Part shown: piece by piece, positions 49,230 to 62,100 of the stretch
Layout: the number at the start of each line of letters is the position of its first letter
Numbering within the stretch: the stretch's first letter is position 1
Origin: Scyliorhinus canicula
Taxonomy: Eukaryota
Assembly (NCBI RefSeq): GCF_902713615.1
Contig: NC_052162.1
Location: 63,293,913-63,357,912 of the forward strand
Direction: 5' to 3'
DNA length: 64,000 nucleotides
Made by a program: the position numbers and the translations under genes
Notes under the pieces: model-generated
The model's input: the letters and a program-made list of their open reading frames with translations, nothing else
The model's database searches: none
What the model was told of the DNA's origin: nothing

Positions 49230-49739
49230 TAATAATTTCACAGCATCATTACAGACTAATCCAAAGTAGTGCAAATTGGGCACAAAACAGGCTTCCTGGT
49301 TCCAATGCAATGTGACCAATAGAGAATTCAGAGGAAACTTTAAAAATTCTTTCAAGGGATATGGACATTGCTGGCATGGCCAGGATTTGTACCCATCCCC
49401 AATTTCCCTTCTACTGCAGGGCTTGCTAGGCCATTTCAGAGGGCATTAGGAGTCAACCACATTCCTCTGGATCTGAAATCACTCGTAGGCCAGGCTGGCA
49501 AGTCCCAGGTGCGTTTTTGAAACAATGGATGATACTTTCATGGTCACTATTGTGACTACTAGCTTTATATTCCAGATTTATGAATTCAATTTAAATTCCA
49601 TCAGCTGCCATTGTGCGATTTCCAAAGCTATGCTGCCTGAGCCTCTGGATTACTCTTCCAGTGACATAACCACTTTGCCACTATCTCCCTCCCCTCCACA
49701 TCCCCCACCACAAGGAGTAGTTGAAGCAAGCAGCATTGA

Positions 49740-50830
49740 TAGAAGAAACACAGGACTTAGGAACAGGGGCAGGCCATTTGGCCCTTCAAGCTTGCTCCAA
49801 TAGTCAATAAGATCTTAGTTGATCTTGTTGTGGTCTGAACTTCACTTTTATGTTTCCTTTTATTCCCTATCAAAAAATCTATCAAACGCAATCTTGAATA
49901 AATTCAATAAGCCAGCCTCCACTGCTTTCTAAGTGTAGGGTGGTTCCACCGATTATCGAACCCAAGAGAAAAAATTTCTCATCTCCATCTTTCTATTTGT
50001 AAACTGTGCCCCCTGGGTCTAGTCTTCTCCACATGAGAAAACATCCTACTGACTCACCATCTCATGTCCCCTCTGATTCTTCGAAACTCCAATGGGTATT
50101 TGCCCAACTGTTCAACTTCTATTCATAAGGTAAGCCTTTCATCCCAGGAATGATTCTGGTGAACCTGCTCTAAAGTGCGAAAGCAACATTGGACTGGATT
50201 GTTCCGCCCAGTCCCAAGATTGCCACGGGCGGGATGAGGACCATGTGAAGGTCCATTGACCTTGGGCAGGAATTTCCAGTTGCCGGGCAGACATGGCCAG
50301 AGAATCCCACCCCACATCTTTTTCCAAATATGAAAACCAAAAACCTACACAATACTCCAGGTGTAGTCTCCCCAAGACCCTGTAAAGCTACGTAAAACTT
50401 CCCTATTTTATGTTCCATTCACCTTACAATAAACACCAACATTTCACTTGCCTTCCTAATCATATGCTGTACATGAAAAATAACATTTTAGGATTTGAGT
50501 ACCAGGACACCCAGGTGGCTCTGTACCACCAAGGTCTGCAATATTTCTACATTTAAATAGTATACTCTATCCTTCCTGCAAGTACCAAGTTCACATTCTC
50601 CCATTATATTCCAACTGCCAAATTTTTGGCACTCACTTAACCTATCTATTTCCCTTTGTAAACTCTTTACCTCCTCTTGACAACATATTTCCCTACCTAT
50701 ATTTGTGCCATCAAATTTAGCTACCAAATATTCAACCCCTTCATCATTGATATTAATTGTAAACAATTGAGCTGCTAGCACTGATTCACTAGTTACAGCT
50801 CACCAAACCCAAAACTATCCACTTATCCTA
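49740..50830 (-). mobile_element. Degenerate CR1 LINE
   Basis: QLFTININD...VAKFDGTNIG...LQREIDRLSE; RLHLEYCVGFW. Confidence 0.75.
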
Positions 50831-51109
50831 ACTCAAGGGCAATTAGGGATGGACAATAAATGCCAGCCTAGCCAGTGATGTCTACATTGTGACAATGAAT
50901 TTAAAAAAAAACATATCTTCTGGGAAAAATTAATTAATTTCATATTCAAATGAAACCATAACAGCTTCTGCCTTTTCTCTAGGGAACCTTTTGGAACTTG
51001 TATATTGTTTCCGAAGGAGTTGGGTTTGCAGCTCGGGATTTGCTCGGTTGAGATATCAATAGCCTCAGTAAATAATCCCTGCACATCAATTTGGAAGTGA
51101 TTCAAAAAC

Positions 51110-51400
51110 CTAATAATCTTTATTGTCACAAGTAGGCTTACATTATCACTGCAATGAAGTTATTGTGAAAATCTCCTAGTCACCATATTCTGGCACCTGT
51201 TGTTACCCAGATGGAGAATTCAGAATGTCCAAATTCCTTAACAGCCTGTCTTTCGGGACTTGTGGAAGCAAACCAGAGCAAACCCATGTAGGCGCAAGGA
51301 GAACGTGCAGACTCCACAGAGTGACCCAAGCCAAGAATCAAACCTGGGACCCTGGAGCTGTGAAGCAACAATGCTACCCACTGGGCTACCATGCTACCCA
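51110..51400 (-). mobile_element. HE1/V-SINE-like
   Basis: Minus-strand GGTAGCATGGTAGCCCAGTGG head; same tail as the 10420 copy. Confidence 0.75.
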
Positions 51401-51689
51401 TTACACTACCAGCCTCAGACACAGACAGGATTGGATTATTGTCACATGTACAAAGGTACAGTGAAAAGTATTTTTCTGCAAGCAGCTCAACAGATCATTA
51501 AGTACATGGGAGGGATGGGCGAATGGCCTCTTGCAATGTGCTCCATGATTTTACTGTGTCAGGAGCCTCCCATCAAACAGTGCTGGGAGTCCTGTAGAAA
51601 AGCAGGTTGTGCCAGCTGGTTTGTCCTGGTGGGAGGATGGAGCAGTCCCATGAACGTTGCCCCCCATCCAAGGTGGGGGCAGAGGCTAA

Positions 51690-52345
51690 GCCTCCCTTGC
51701 GGGGAGGGGAGCGGAGGAAAGTGGGCGATGAGGTAAAGGGCTGGTTACCAGGGTACCAATGCTCCGGCCGGTTGCTGAGATGACCGGGGAGGGGGTAAGA
51801 GCGCGGTTGCCAGGGTGACGGTCTCCCGGCCCGGTTGCTAAGGGAAGATGTGATCGGTACCTCTCCGATACAGAGCCCCATCACTTCCTCCTTCTCCGTG
51901 GACAGGGCGTGATTTAAACAGACCAGGAACGCGTCCGAGTCCAGGTGAACCCCGCACACCGCCATGTCCGCCCGGCCTACACTCGGGATCGAACGTAAAC
52001 TCGATTTAACCAAACCGGATCCTCTGCCCTTCCCGACAGCAGAGCGGACAATCGGCGCCGGGTGAAAAACCGGGCGTCGCAAATGGGTTCCGGGACATTC
52101 GCCGAGTGGAGCTGGAGCGAGTGGCGCGGGGAACCGAGGACCAACGCAACGAGCCGGTTAGAGTTTGAGGCCGAGGGAATCTGACTTGTTCCCACACCCA
52201 CGGCCGTGACACAAGTTTGAGAAGACGTTGATATTCGCTTCTCCTCGGTTCATTGTGATCTGAACCCGAGCAGATTATGAGGTGACACCGACTCTCCAGC
52301 AGGTGAAGGAGGTTTGTCTAATGACAGGGTGAACCCAGCCTTGTG
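51690..52345. promoter_or_regulatory. CpG-rich bidirectional promoter shared by BRCC3 (-) and CMC4 (+)
   Basis: High CpG density around the BRCC3 ATG. Plus-strand donor CTT|GTGAGT at ~52342 fits a non-coding first exon of CMC4. Same head-to-head layout as human BRCC3 and CMC4/MTCP1. Confidence 0.75.
51861..51965 (-). CDS. BRCC3: BRCC3 coding exon 1 (Lys63-specific JAMM deubiquitinase BRCC36; total 261 aa)
   Basis: MAVCGVHLDSDAFLVCLNHALSTEKEEVMGLCIGE|gtacc. All 8 exons join in phase. Confidence 0.98.
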
Positions 52346-52729
52346 AGTAAATACATCGCCCCTCAAGTGACTAATTGTGCTGGTTAGTTTACAACTCGTA
52401 CTTAAACGAAGAGAACCGTATTAACTTTTGCACCTTGAGATTCAAGGAAGTTGTCTTCCCCAACCAGGAATACAAATCAAGTCGAACAAAAATATTAATC
52501 TGGGTGATTGCAGATTAATGTTCGTGGGTCTGTGGCCATAAAAAGAAACTGGATGCAAACACTTGGAGATTTTTTTTACATGGATGATAGATGCACTAAA
52601 GTAGGTATCTTTAAACAAAAGTCACCTTCACTTGGGTGTTTTGCAGCAGAAAATGTCTTTGAAAGGAGGGAATTTGAGAGGCACCAGCATACCTGTCATA
52701 GATTTCGATACTGGTTCAATAGAGAGTTG

Positions 52730-53040
52730 AATCATAGAATACCTACACTGCAGAAGGCCATTCAGCCCATCGAGTGTGCACCAACTCTCTGAAAGAGCAT
52801 TCCCCCCCCCCCCCCCCCCACCTAACCTTTGTGCAATTTAGGCAATCTTTAGACACTAAGGGCAGTTTAGCACAGCCAATCCTCCTAACCTGCACATCTT
52901 TGGACTGTGGGAGGAAACCAGAGCACCCGGAGGAAACCCACGCTGACACGGGAGAATGTGAAAATTCCACACAAGGTGGAATGGAAGACAGGTCCCTGTG
53001 CAGTGAGGCAGCAGTGCTAACTGCTCTGCCATCATGCTGT
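52730..53040 (-). mobile_element. HE1/V-SINE
   Basis: V-domain GGGTTTCCTCCGGGTGCTCTGGTTTCCTCCCACAGTCCAAAG on the minus strand. Confidence 0.8.
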
Positions 53041-54296
53041 CCGTCATGTCCAAAAACCAATGGTGGGCAGAAATAGTCAACTTGGGATTTAATGTTAACT
53101 TTGTATACATTACTGAAGTGAAACTCTGGTGTAAAATGTGGGACACTTTTTAAAAGCTACCTGCAGCTAATTTAAATGTTTAACTGCTGTCAGAGTAGGG
53201 AACAGAGTTCCTGATAGGCAGTGTAAACAGGTTGGAACTGGTAATTATAATAACTTTTAAGCTTGGGACAAAAGTGCTCATTTTAAAATTTTGAATTGTT
53301 GAAAGTTAGTCTGGAAATTTTTTAAATATAAAATAGCTACTTAAAACTCACTTTTCAAACAGAACTTCCCTACTTCTTATGTGGTATGATGATGAAGACA
53401 CCAGTTTTTAAAATATTCCAAAAAAGTCATCATAATGCTACTCTGGGGAGTTCCATTTCAGAGTCGGTTCATATTTCACCTCTAATTATGCTGCGACTTC
53501 AGCATTCCTGTGAAACAGAAAGTGAGATGTTGTAGCATAAATGTACCTCGGATTTTTTGGGAAATGACCAGATCAACTCTTAAAGTGTAACTCATTTGTA
53601 AAGTAAACAAGCCATCTGGCTTCAGCACTGACAACTTTGTGTTCTGTTGCTGGCTGTGTCCTTATTTAGTTACAAATGAAATCAATCATTCTAATCCCAT
53701 GAATACTTCTTGTTTCTCTATATCTACTTAAAAGTCTTGCATTTTTCTATCACATGTGAAATGAAATTGTTACACATGCAAAATATAAGTCATACTTGGC
53801 AGCTGATTAGCTCAAATATCATTCATGATTTTTATATTTTGGAGATCAATATTTGCAACTGTATCAATTAAAAGGATTTTATTTTACTTAGACCATGAAT
53901 TCAATTCTTTTCCAACAACATCTATTTACTGCATGAGTAGAAAAATACCCTTTAATACACAAATTATCACTTATCCCTTCAATAGTCCTTGTAAGCTCTT
54001 TCAAAAATACTTGGTTTAGTCCCAAGCTCAATAAAGATGCCAGAATCATGTTTGCCAACAGGGGAAAATTTCAACTCATTTGGGCTGGTTTCAAAAGTAT
54101 CTTCTAACTACATCGGACAGTTAATTAGACTAGTTGCCTGGTGATATCCATAATGGTGTCTGTCTCTGCTGTCTAATATAAATTTGATAAACATATTATT
54201 TCCGTATGGATGAAGCTTTCCTTTTAGAGCATCCAAGGGAATTGAAACATCCGTAGAAAAATGCCATATATGCCCTTCTCTTGCAGGCACACTGCT

Positions 54297-54354
54297 ATGT
54301 CTACCAAAGACCCCTGTCAGAAACAGGCATGTGAAATACAGAAGTGCCTACAAG
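54297..54354 (+). CDS. CMC4: CMC4 (Cx9C motif-containing protein 4, p8 MTCP1NB) coding exon 1
   Basis: ttgcag|gcacactgct-MSTKDPCQKQACEIQKCLQ-G|gtaaaa (human MPQKDPCQKQACEIQKCLQ). Confidence 0.96.
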
Positions 54355-54557
54355 GTAAAATTTAGGATTTTCCAATTTTCTTCAGTGTACTTAGTTTGAA
54401 GTATCTCAGTCTGAAAGTCATCATATATTCTGTATTATCTAGCATAAATTACTTGAATTTTATTGAGACACAAAGATAATGCAACTAGGTATTTTCTCTG
54501 GTTCACATGGTGTTTGATACTTTAGCACTAATATACAATATATAATTTTCTCTAACA

Positions 54558-54765
54558 GGGGCAGCACAATGGTGCAGTGATTAGCACTGCTGCCTCACAG
54601 CGCCGAGGATCCGGGTTCGATTCTGACCCTGAGTCACTGTCCCATGTGGAGTTTGCACATTCTCCCTGTATCTGCGTGGGTCTCACCCCCACAATCTAAA
54701 GATGCGCCTGGTAGGTGAATTGGCCACGCTAAATTACCCTTTGATTGGAAAAGAATTGGGCATTC
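54558..54765 (+). mobile_element. Short tRNA-derived SINE in the CMC4 intron
   Basis: GGGGCAGCAC...GGGTTCGATTC head. Confidence 0.75.
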
Positions 54766-56107
54766 TAAATTTATTTATTTTTAAAATAATTTTCTCTCGA
54801 GCTATCACACGTTGCTGGTACACGTTGGTGATGACAGCTGCTCTGTACACTAGGACTTTTGTTGTCATTCAGTGGTCTTTGTTGAATTGAAAAACTGAAC
54901 TGTTGCCCAGCAACCAGGGCCCCACACAGAGAAGCAAAAGCGGTTTGAGTGCAGTTGAAAGAATGTAACTTAAACGCTAGGAGCTTCTCACTGTAACTTC
55001 CAAAACAGACAGGACAATACAGAAGGACAAAAACTAAGGAAGAAAGTCACAGAAACCAGGGAATAGGAACAAGAGAGTTTCAGGAAGACCGTAAAGTCAA
55101 GGAACAAAACTTGGGAACCAGGACCTATTCAGTGAAGTTAAAAAAGAGGCACAAAATTTAAAAAGACAAAACTGCAGAAAGCAAAGTGGGCTTACAAGTA
55201 GCAAAAAGTCTAAGGTGACCGGAAGGTTGGTGACTACATTCTAACAGCCTTTGAAGAAGTTGTATTTTGTCGGAACAACTAGGTATCTGAGAGAATGTGT
55301 AGTCAGGAAGCTTGAATGCACGTGAATGCACCAGGGCAGTGGAACATCAGAAGGAGAGGTGGAAATCCTGGAGGTGGATCTTTGTGAAGGCATTCGAGAC
55401 AAAAGCATCATTTGGGGGGAGATCCAAGGCATGGTCTTGAGAGTAGAGATTGGAAATTCTTGTGTGAAAGACAGAGCTCCACTGAGACCAGTTGGCTCAC
55501 AGTGGGACAAACGTGAGGGGAGTTAATAAGTAATCCATAGATGTTGTTTCGGTTAGCATCTGCCACTTGGTTTCAGAGTTTGGGGTATCTGACCATTGTT
55601 TGCCTATTGGTTTACTTGAACTGTGAACTGACTGAGAACATGAGAGTATAAGAGAGATTTTGTATTATCTTTATAAATCTGCAAATATATGAAATAGTAT
55701 GGTTGGAGTGAACGACTGGTGTAAAATAATTGATCTTATCTTGTTTAATGAGCTTTCAGCTAACGCATGTGACTGTTCAGTAGCTGACCCCCATGTATAT
55801 AAACAAAAACAATTTAGGATTATCAAGCCACGCCCCACCCTGAGATCTGACTTTCCAACCGTAACATCAGGTGGGATCGTAAAGTCCACAGTTTTAGCTC
55901 CAATTCATTGTTCACTAATTCTACTCACTGAAAAGTTAAACCAAGAATCCAAAGTAACACATGGAGAAAAAAGGTTTTTTTCTTTCTTTTCCACGCTGCC
56001 AGCGACGATCAGCTGGAGTCAATGGTAGAAACTCCTATATGAAAACTGTACTGGATGAACACCTATGAAATTGCGATGATTCATACTTTTCCATGTTTCT
56101 TTTACAG

Positions 56108-56256
56108 CCTATAATTATCAGGAGAGCAAATGTCAGCACGTAATCCAAGAAATGCATAAGTGCTGTAAGACATATGCAAAGACCTCTATTTGCTGTTCAG
56201 GTTTTTTGAAAGAAGAAGACAGGAAAAGGCTACAAGAATCCACTGAATGCCAGTGA
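56108..56256 (+). CDS. CMC4: CMC4 coding exon 2 (total 68 aa)
   Basis: ttacag|CC-YNYQESKCQHVIQEMHKCCKTYAKTSICCSGFLKEEDRKRLQESTECQ*. AATAAA at ~56365 and ~56428. Confidence 0.96.
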
Positions 56257-56599
56257 GTGCAAACCCTTTGTTCGTGCTGCACCTTTAGAGATTGCCATGG
56301 TACAGTTTAAGTCATTGACTCTGTAAGTCATATCGCTGCTGACCACGAGGATTTGGAAAGAGGAAATAAAAAGCACAATGAAGTCCTTAAATCAGTAAAA
56401 TGTTAAATGAGAAGTGTACAGAATGCATAATAAATTAATTAAATAATATATTAAACTTCCAATTTTCTGGTCATCAACTGTTCATTATTTCTTGGCACTG
56501 CCATTAATGGTATCGCAATTATTTAATCTTAGAATGTGAATATAATTTTGAAATATGAGCATCCGAACGATAGAGGCAGACTGTCCACGTAAAATTTAA

Positions 56600-57060
56600 A
56601 TGGGAACTATGTGCATATGTTTTGGTCCAGCCTGAAGCTGGAACGATATTGGAGTGAGGATTTAACACCATCTCAAGGGTGCTGTATATGGACTTGGAGC
56701 CGGGTCCCCTAGAGCCATTTTTGGGGTGTCAGACTGGCCCGAGTTGCGGGCAGGTGTGGGGGCTGATGTTTTAGCCTTCGCCTCACTGATTGCTTGTAGG
56801 CGGATCCTTTTGGGGTGGAGGTCAGCTTCTCCGCTCTGTGCCTTGGCGTGGCGGGGCAATCTGCTGGAATTTCTGACCCTGGAGACGGTGAAGTTTGAGT
56901 CGCGGGGGGGGGGGGGGGGGGGGGGGCGAAGGAGGGGTTCTACGGTTCATGGGGCTTGTTTATCAGGCATTTGAGAGAGTTGGTTGCCGTTGAACATTAA
57001 AGGGAGGAGAGGTTTTGTTTGTTGTTTACTTTTTGTTTTTAACTTGGAAATCGATGTTTT
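56600..57060 (+). mobile_element. L1/Tx1-like 3' fragment
   Basis: GADVLAFASLIACRRILLGWRS. Confidence 0.8.
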
Positions 57061-57099
57061 AGGTTGCATATTACGGGGTCGTTTGATGTTGCTTTATAT

Positions 57100-59100
57100 T
57101 ATATATCGAAGGCTGGTTGAAAGTGGTTAATAAGGCATACGGGATCCTGGGCTTTATAAACAGGTGTAGAGTACAAAGCAAATCTTGTTGAAAAAAGATA
57201 TCTTCTCAAAGCTTTTTGTCTTGTACTCAGAATCACACAGTGCAAAAGAGGCCCTTTGGTCCATCGAGTCTGCATTGACACGTGAAAAACACCTGACCTA
57301 CATATCTAATCCCATTTCCCAGCACTTGGCCCAACCTTGAATGTTATGATGTGCCACGTGCTCATCCAAGCACTTTTTAAAGGATGTGAGGCAACTCACC
57401 TCTACCATTCACCCAGACAGTGCATTCCAGACTGTCACCACCCTCTGGGTAAAAAAGCTCTTCTTCACATACCCCCTAAATCTCCTGCCCCTCACCTTGA
57501 ACTTATGCCCCCTCATGTCTGACCCTTCAACTAAGGGGAACAGGTGCTCCCTAGCCACCTTGTCAATGCCCCTCATCATTTTGTACACCTCGATCACAAC
57601 GCCCCCTCAGTTTACTCTGCTCCATAAAAACAACCCAAGATATCCAACCTCTCTTCATAACTTAAATGTTCCATCCCAGGCAATAGCCTGGTGAATCTCC
57701 TCCAGTGCAATAATAATAATAACTTATTTCACAAGTAGGCTTCAATGAAGTTATTGTGAAAAGTGCCTAGTCGCTACATTCGGTGCCTGTTCGGGGAGGC
57801 CGGTACACATCCTTCCTATAATGTGGTGAACAGAATTGCACACAGTACTCCAGCTGTGGCCTCACCAAAGTTCTATACAACTCCCTATTTTTGTAATCTA
57901 TGTCTTGATTGATAAAGGCCATGATGTGGAGATGCCGATGTTGGACTGGGGTGAGCACAGGTGTTGGACTTTAACCTGATGTTGTAAGAATTCTTACTTA
58001 ATTGGCAAGTGTCCCAAATGCCTCTTTCACCACTCTATTAACCTGTCCTTTCGCCCTCAGCTCTATGGACAAACACACCAGGGTCCCTTCGTTCCTCAGA
58101 ACTTCCTCGTGTCATGACATTCATTGAATATTTCTTTATCAAATTACTCCTTCCAAAGTGTATCACCTCACCTTTCAGGGTTAGATTGCATCTGCCACTT
58201 ATCTGCTCATTTGACTATCTTGTCTATACCTTCTTGTAACCCAAGACACTCAACCTCATTATTAACCACCCGGCCAATCTTTGTGTCATTCACAAACTAC
58301 CCCCCACATAGTCATCTATGTTGTTTATATAAATGACGAATAATCGGAGACTCAACACAAATTCCTGAAGTATGCCACTGGCTTCCAGACACTAAAGCAG
58401 CCTTCTCTCATTGCCCTCGGTCTCCTACAACTAAGCCAATTTTGAATCTACCGTATCAAATTACCCTGGATCCCATGTGCATTTGTCTTCTTTATAAGTC
58501 TCCCATGTGAGACATTGATGTGGAGATGCCAGCGTTGGACTGGGGTGGGCACAGTAAGAAGTCTTACAACACCAGGTTAAAGTCCAACAGGTTTATTTGG
58601 AATCACTGGCTTTCGGAGGGCAGCTCCTTCATCAGGAAGCTCCGAAAAGCTAGTGATTCCAAATAACCCTGTTGGACTTTAACCTGGTGTTGCAAGACGT
58701 CTTAATGTGGGACCTTGTTAGAGGCTTTGCTGAAATTCATATAAACTACATCAATTGCATAATCTTCATATACACATCTGGTCAACTACTCAAAAAATTA
58801 AATCAAATTTGTTGGGCATGACACCCCGCCCCGGACAAAGCTATGCTGACTATCCCTGATCACACCTTGCTTCTCCAATGGAGATAGATTCTCACCTTAA
58901 GAATTTTCTCCAATAGTTTCTCTACTGCGGACGTGAGACTCACTGGTAAGTAGTTTCCTGGCTTATTCCTACAACCCTTCTTTAATGTGGAACCACATTA
59001 GCTGTTCTCCAGTCCTCTGGCACCTCCCCCATGACCAGAGAGAAATTACATTTTGGGCCAGAACCCCTGAAATCTCCTCCCTAGCCTCCCACAGCAGCCT
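57100..59100 (-). mobile_element. CR1 LINE remnants with nested Penelope-derived palindromes (57921-57998, 58517-58705)
   Basis: MIEVYKMMRGIDKV...FFTQRVVTVWNAL; LYRTLVRPQLEYCVQF. Confidence 0.8.
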
Positions 59101-62100
59101 GGCACACTAATGCTGCATACTCCCTGAACGCATCATTTATCTTCCCCTGCTCCGACGCTACCTTCCCTTCCCAGTCCATACTCTCAGGATTGCTCTAGAT
59201 GCGGCCTGCCTCCGTAGCTGATGGGCTAGCATGCGGTTTACCTTCTCTCCATATTCATGTTGCAACTCCCCCCACCCTTGCCCTCTGTAGCTGCCCAACA
59301 GCCTTCCCTGTCGTCAGCCTGTCGAACTGCCCTGCAACGTCTTTCTCTTCGCCAATCCATCCTTGGCGGGGGCCCTGAAATATTTCCTTTCCACCTCTAC
59401 TACCTCATCCAATAACCATCCATATTCCTCCCTCCTCCTGCCATCTGTGTGCCTTAAACAAGATAATCTCCCCCAAACCACAGTCTTCAATGCCTCCCAA
59501 AATGTGATCGCCGATACCTCCCCATTCTGGTTCATCCTTAATCACCAACTGCACCTTATCACAGAACGCCCTTGTCTGCGAAAAGCCCCGAACCAATCTC
59601 CATCCCCGCCTCTGCTCCTGCCTCGAGCTAAGTCTAACCTCCAGCCAATGTGGTGCATGGTCAGAAATCACGATTCCCGTATACTTTATCCCCACCACCA
59701 CTCCTTGCTCACCACAAAAAAAAGTTCAATTCTGAAGTACATGCGAGTACTCCCTCTCCCCTGGATTCCAAAACCTCTACCGCTTTTCCATTCCCATCCT
59801 TTCTTTTTTTTAAAATGTTTTTTATTGAGTTTTCATATTTTATATATGACAGATTACAAATTATTAGAGAGGAAAAAAAAAGAAAACACAAAAATTTAAA
59901 ATGAATATTTACAGGTAAGCATCTTCATAACAACAATTGTGGCCGCCCCCTTTAGCCAGCATACATATTTTACATTCCCCAGTATGGCCGAGGCACATGT
60001 TTATAGGCATTCATTTATAGTTTGGTTTTGGGCCTTGGCTTGCCATCAAACCCCCATAACGAGCCCGTAACCCCCCCCCCCGGCTACCTTCCCCCGATTC
60101 CCGTCCATTTTCCCGATTCTTGGCCACCCGACTATTCTTCCTCTTGTACATTGGCCACAAACAGGTCCCGGAACAGTTGCATGAATGGCTCCCACGTTCT
60201 GTGGAAGCCGTCGTCCGACCCTCGGATGGCGAATTTGATTTTCTCCATTTGGAGAGATTCCGAGAGGTCGGATAGCCAGTCTGCAGCTCTGGGCGGTGCT
60301 GCTGACCGCCAGCCAAACAGGATTCTACGGCGGGCGATCAGGGAGGCAAAGACAAGGGCGTCCGCCCTCCTCCCCAGGAATAGATCTGGCTGGTCTGAAA
60401 CCCCGAAGGCCGCCACTATCGGGCATGGCTCCACCCTCACCCCCACCACTTTGGACATAGCCTCGAAGAAGGCTGTCCAGTACTCCACAAGTCTGGGGCA
60501 AGACCAGAACATGTGGGCGTGGTTGGCCGGGCCTCTTTGGCACCGCTTACATCTGTCCTCCACCTCCGGGAAGAACCTACTCATACGGTTTCTCGTTAAG
60601 TGGGCTCTATGTACCACTTTTAGTTGCGTCAGGCGGAGCCTTGCGCACGTGGAGGTGGAGTTGACCCTATGCAGTGCTTCGCTCCAGAGTCCCCACCCTA
60701 TCTCCATCCCCAGGTCGTCCTCCCATTTCCTTCTTGTTGCGTCCAGTACGGTGTCGTCCCTATCTACCAGTCGGCCATACATGTCACTACAGTTCCCTTT
60801 CTCTAGGATACTTGCGTCCAGTAGGTCTTCCAGTAGTGTCTGTCGTGGCGGTTGTGGGTACGTCCTTGTCTCCTTTCGTAGGAAGTTTTTGAGCTGCAGG
60901 TACCGTAGCTCGTTCCCCCCAGCTAGCTGAAATTTCTCTGTCAGTTCGTCCAGTGTTGCGATCCTGTCGTCCGTGTATAGGTCCCTGACTGTCAGTGTCC
61001 CCCCCCGTCCTGTCTCCACCTTTTGAAGGTGGCGTCAGTCAGTGCTGGTTTGAACCTATGGTTGTTGCAGATGGGAGCCTTGTCCGACATTTTGTACAGG
61101 CCAAATTGCTGCCGCAGTTGGTTCCAGGATTGGAGGGTGGCTGTCACCACTGGGCTGCTGGAGTGTTTTTTGGGTGGGGATGGGAGTTCTGCCGTGGCGA
61201 GGGCCCGGAGGGAGGTTCCCATGCAGGAGGCCTCCTCCGCACGTACCCACTCGGCCTCTGGCTCCTGGATCCATCCCCTTACTCGCTCGGCTGTTGCCGC
61301 CCAGTGGTAGAATTGTAGATTCGGGAGGGCTAGCCCCCCCCTGGTTTTTGTTTTTTGTAGGACCTTCTTTGGGATCCTAGCATTTTTACCCCCCCCATAC
61401 GAACGCCATGATAAGCTTGTCCAGCGCTTTGAAAAAGGCCTTGGGGATGTAGATCGGAATGGATCTAAACAGGAAGAGGAACCTGGGCAGTACGTTCATT
61501 TTGATCGTCTGGACTCTCCCCGCGAGGGAGAGCGGGAGTGTGTTCCATCTTTGCAGGTCCTGTTTAACTTCCTCCGTCAGGCTGGTGAGGTTCCATTTGT
61601 GGATCCCTTTCCAGTCATGGGCTATTTGGATCCCCAGGTAGCGGAATTTATGTCGAGCTTGTTTGAACGGCAGCCCCTTTAGTGCTGCCTCCCCCCCCCC
61701 CACGCGGGTGTACTGGGAAGATCTCACTTTTGCTCATGTTGAGTTTGTAGCCCGAGAAGGCTCCAAACTCTTTCAGGAGCGCGATGATTCCGTCCATGCT
61801 GCTTTGTGGGTCCGAGATATAGAGGAGCAGATCATCCGCATAGAATGAGACTCTGTGCTCTCTCCCCTTCGGATCCCCCTCCAATATTCCCATCCTTTCT
61901 ATAACCCCTCCAAGCTCCTTCGCCAACTTTCCCATTGACTTGGGGCTCGACCTAGTCACCCACGGCTCCAGTACGCAATTAAAATCATCCCCCCCCCCCC
62001 CATGATCAACTGGTGCATGTACAGGTCTGGAATCGCTCCCAGCAACCCCTTCGCAAACCCCATGTCGTCCCAATTCGGTGAATAAACATTCACCAGCACC

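Noticed and set aside
51573-52082. 169-aa ORF as a single-exon gene
   Set aside because: Only 51861-51965 is BRCC3 coding; the rest is UTR and intron read-through.
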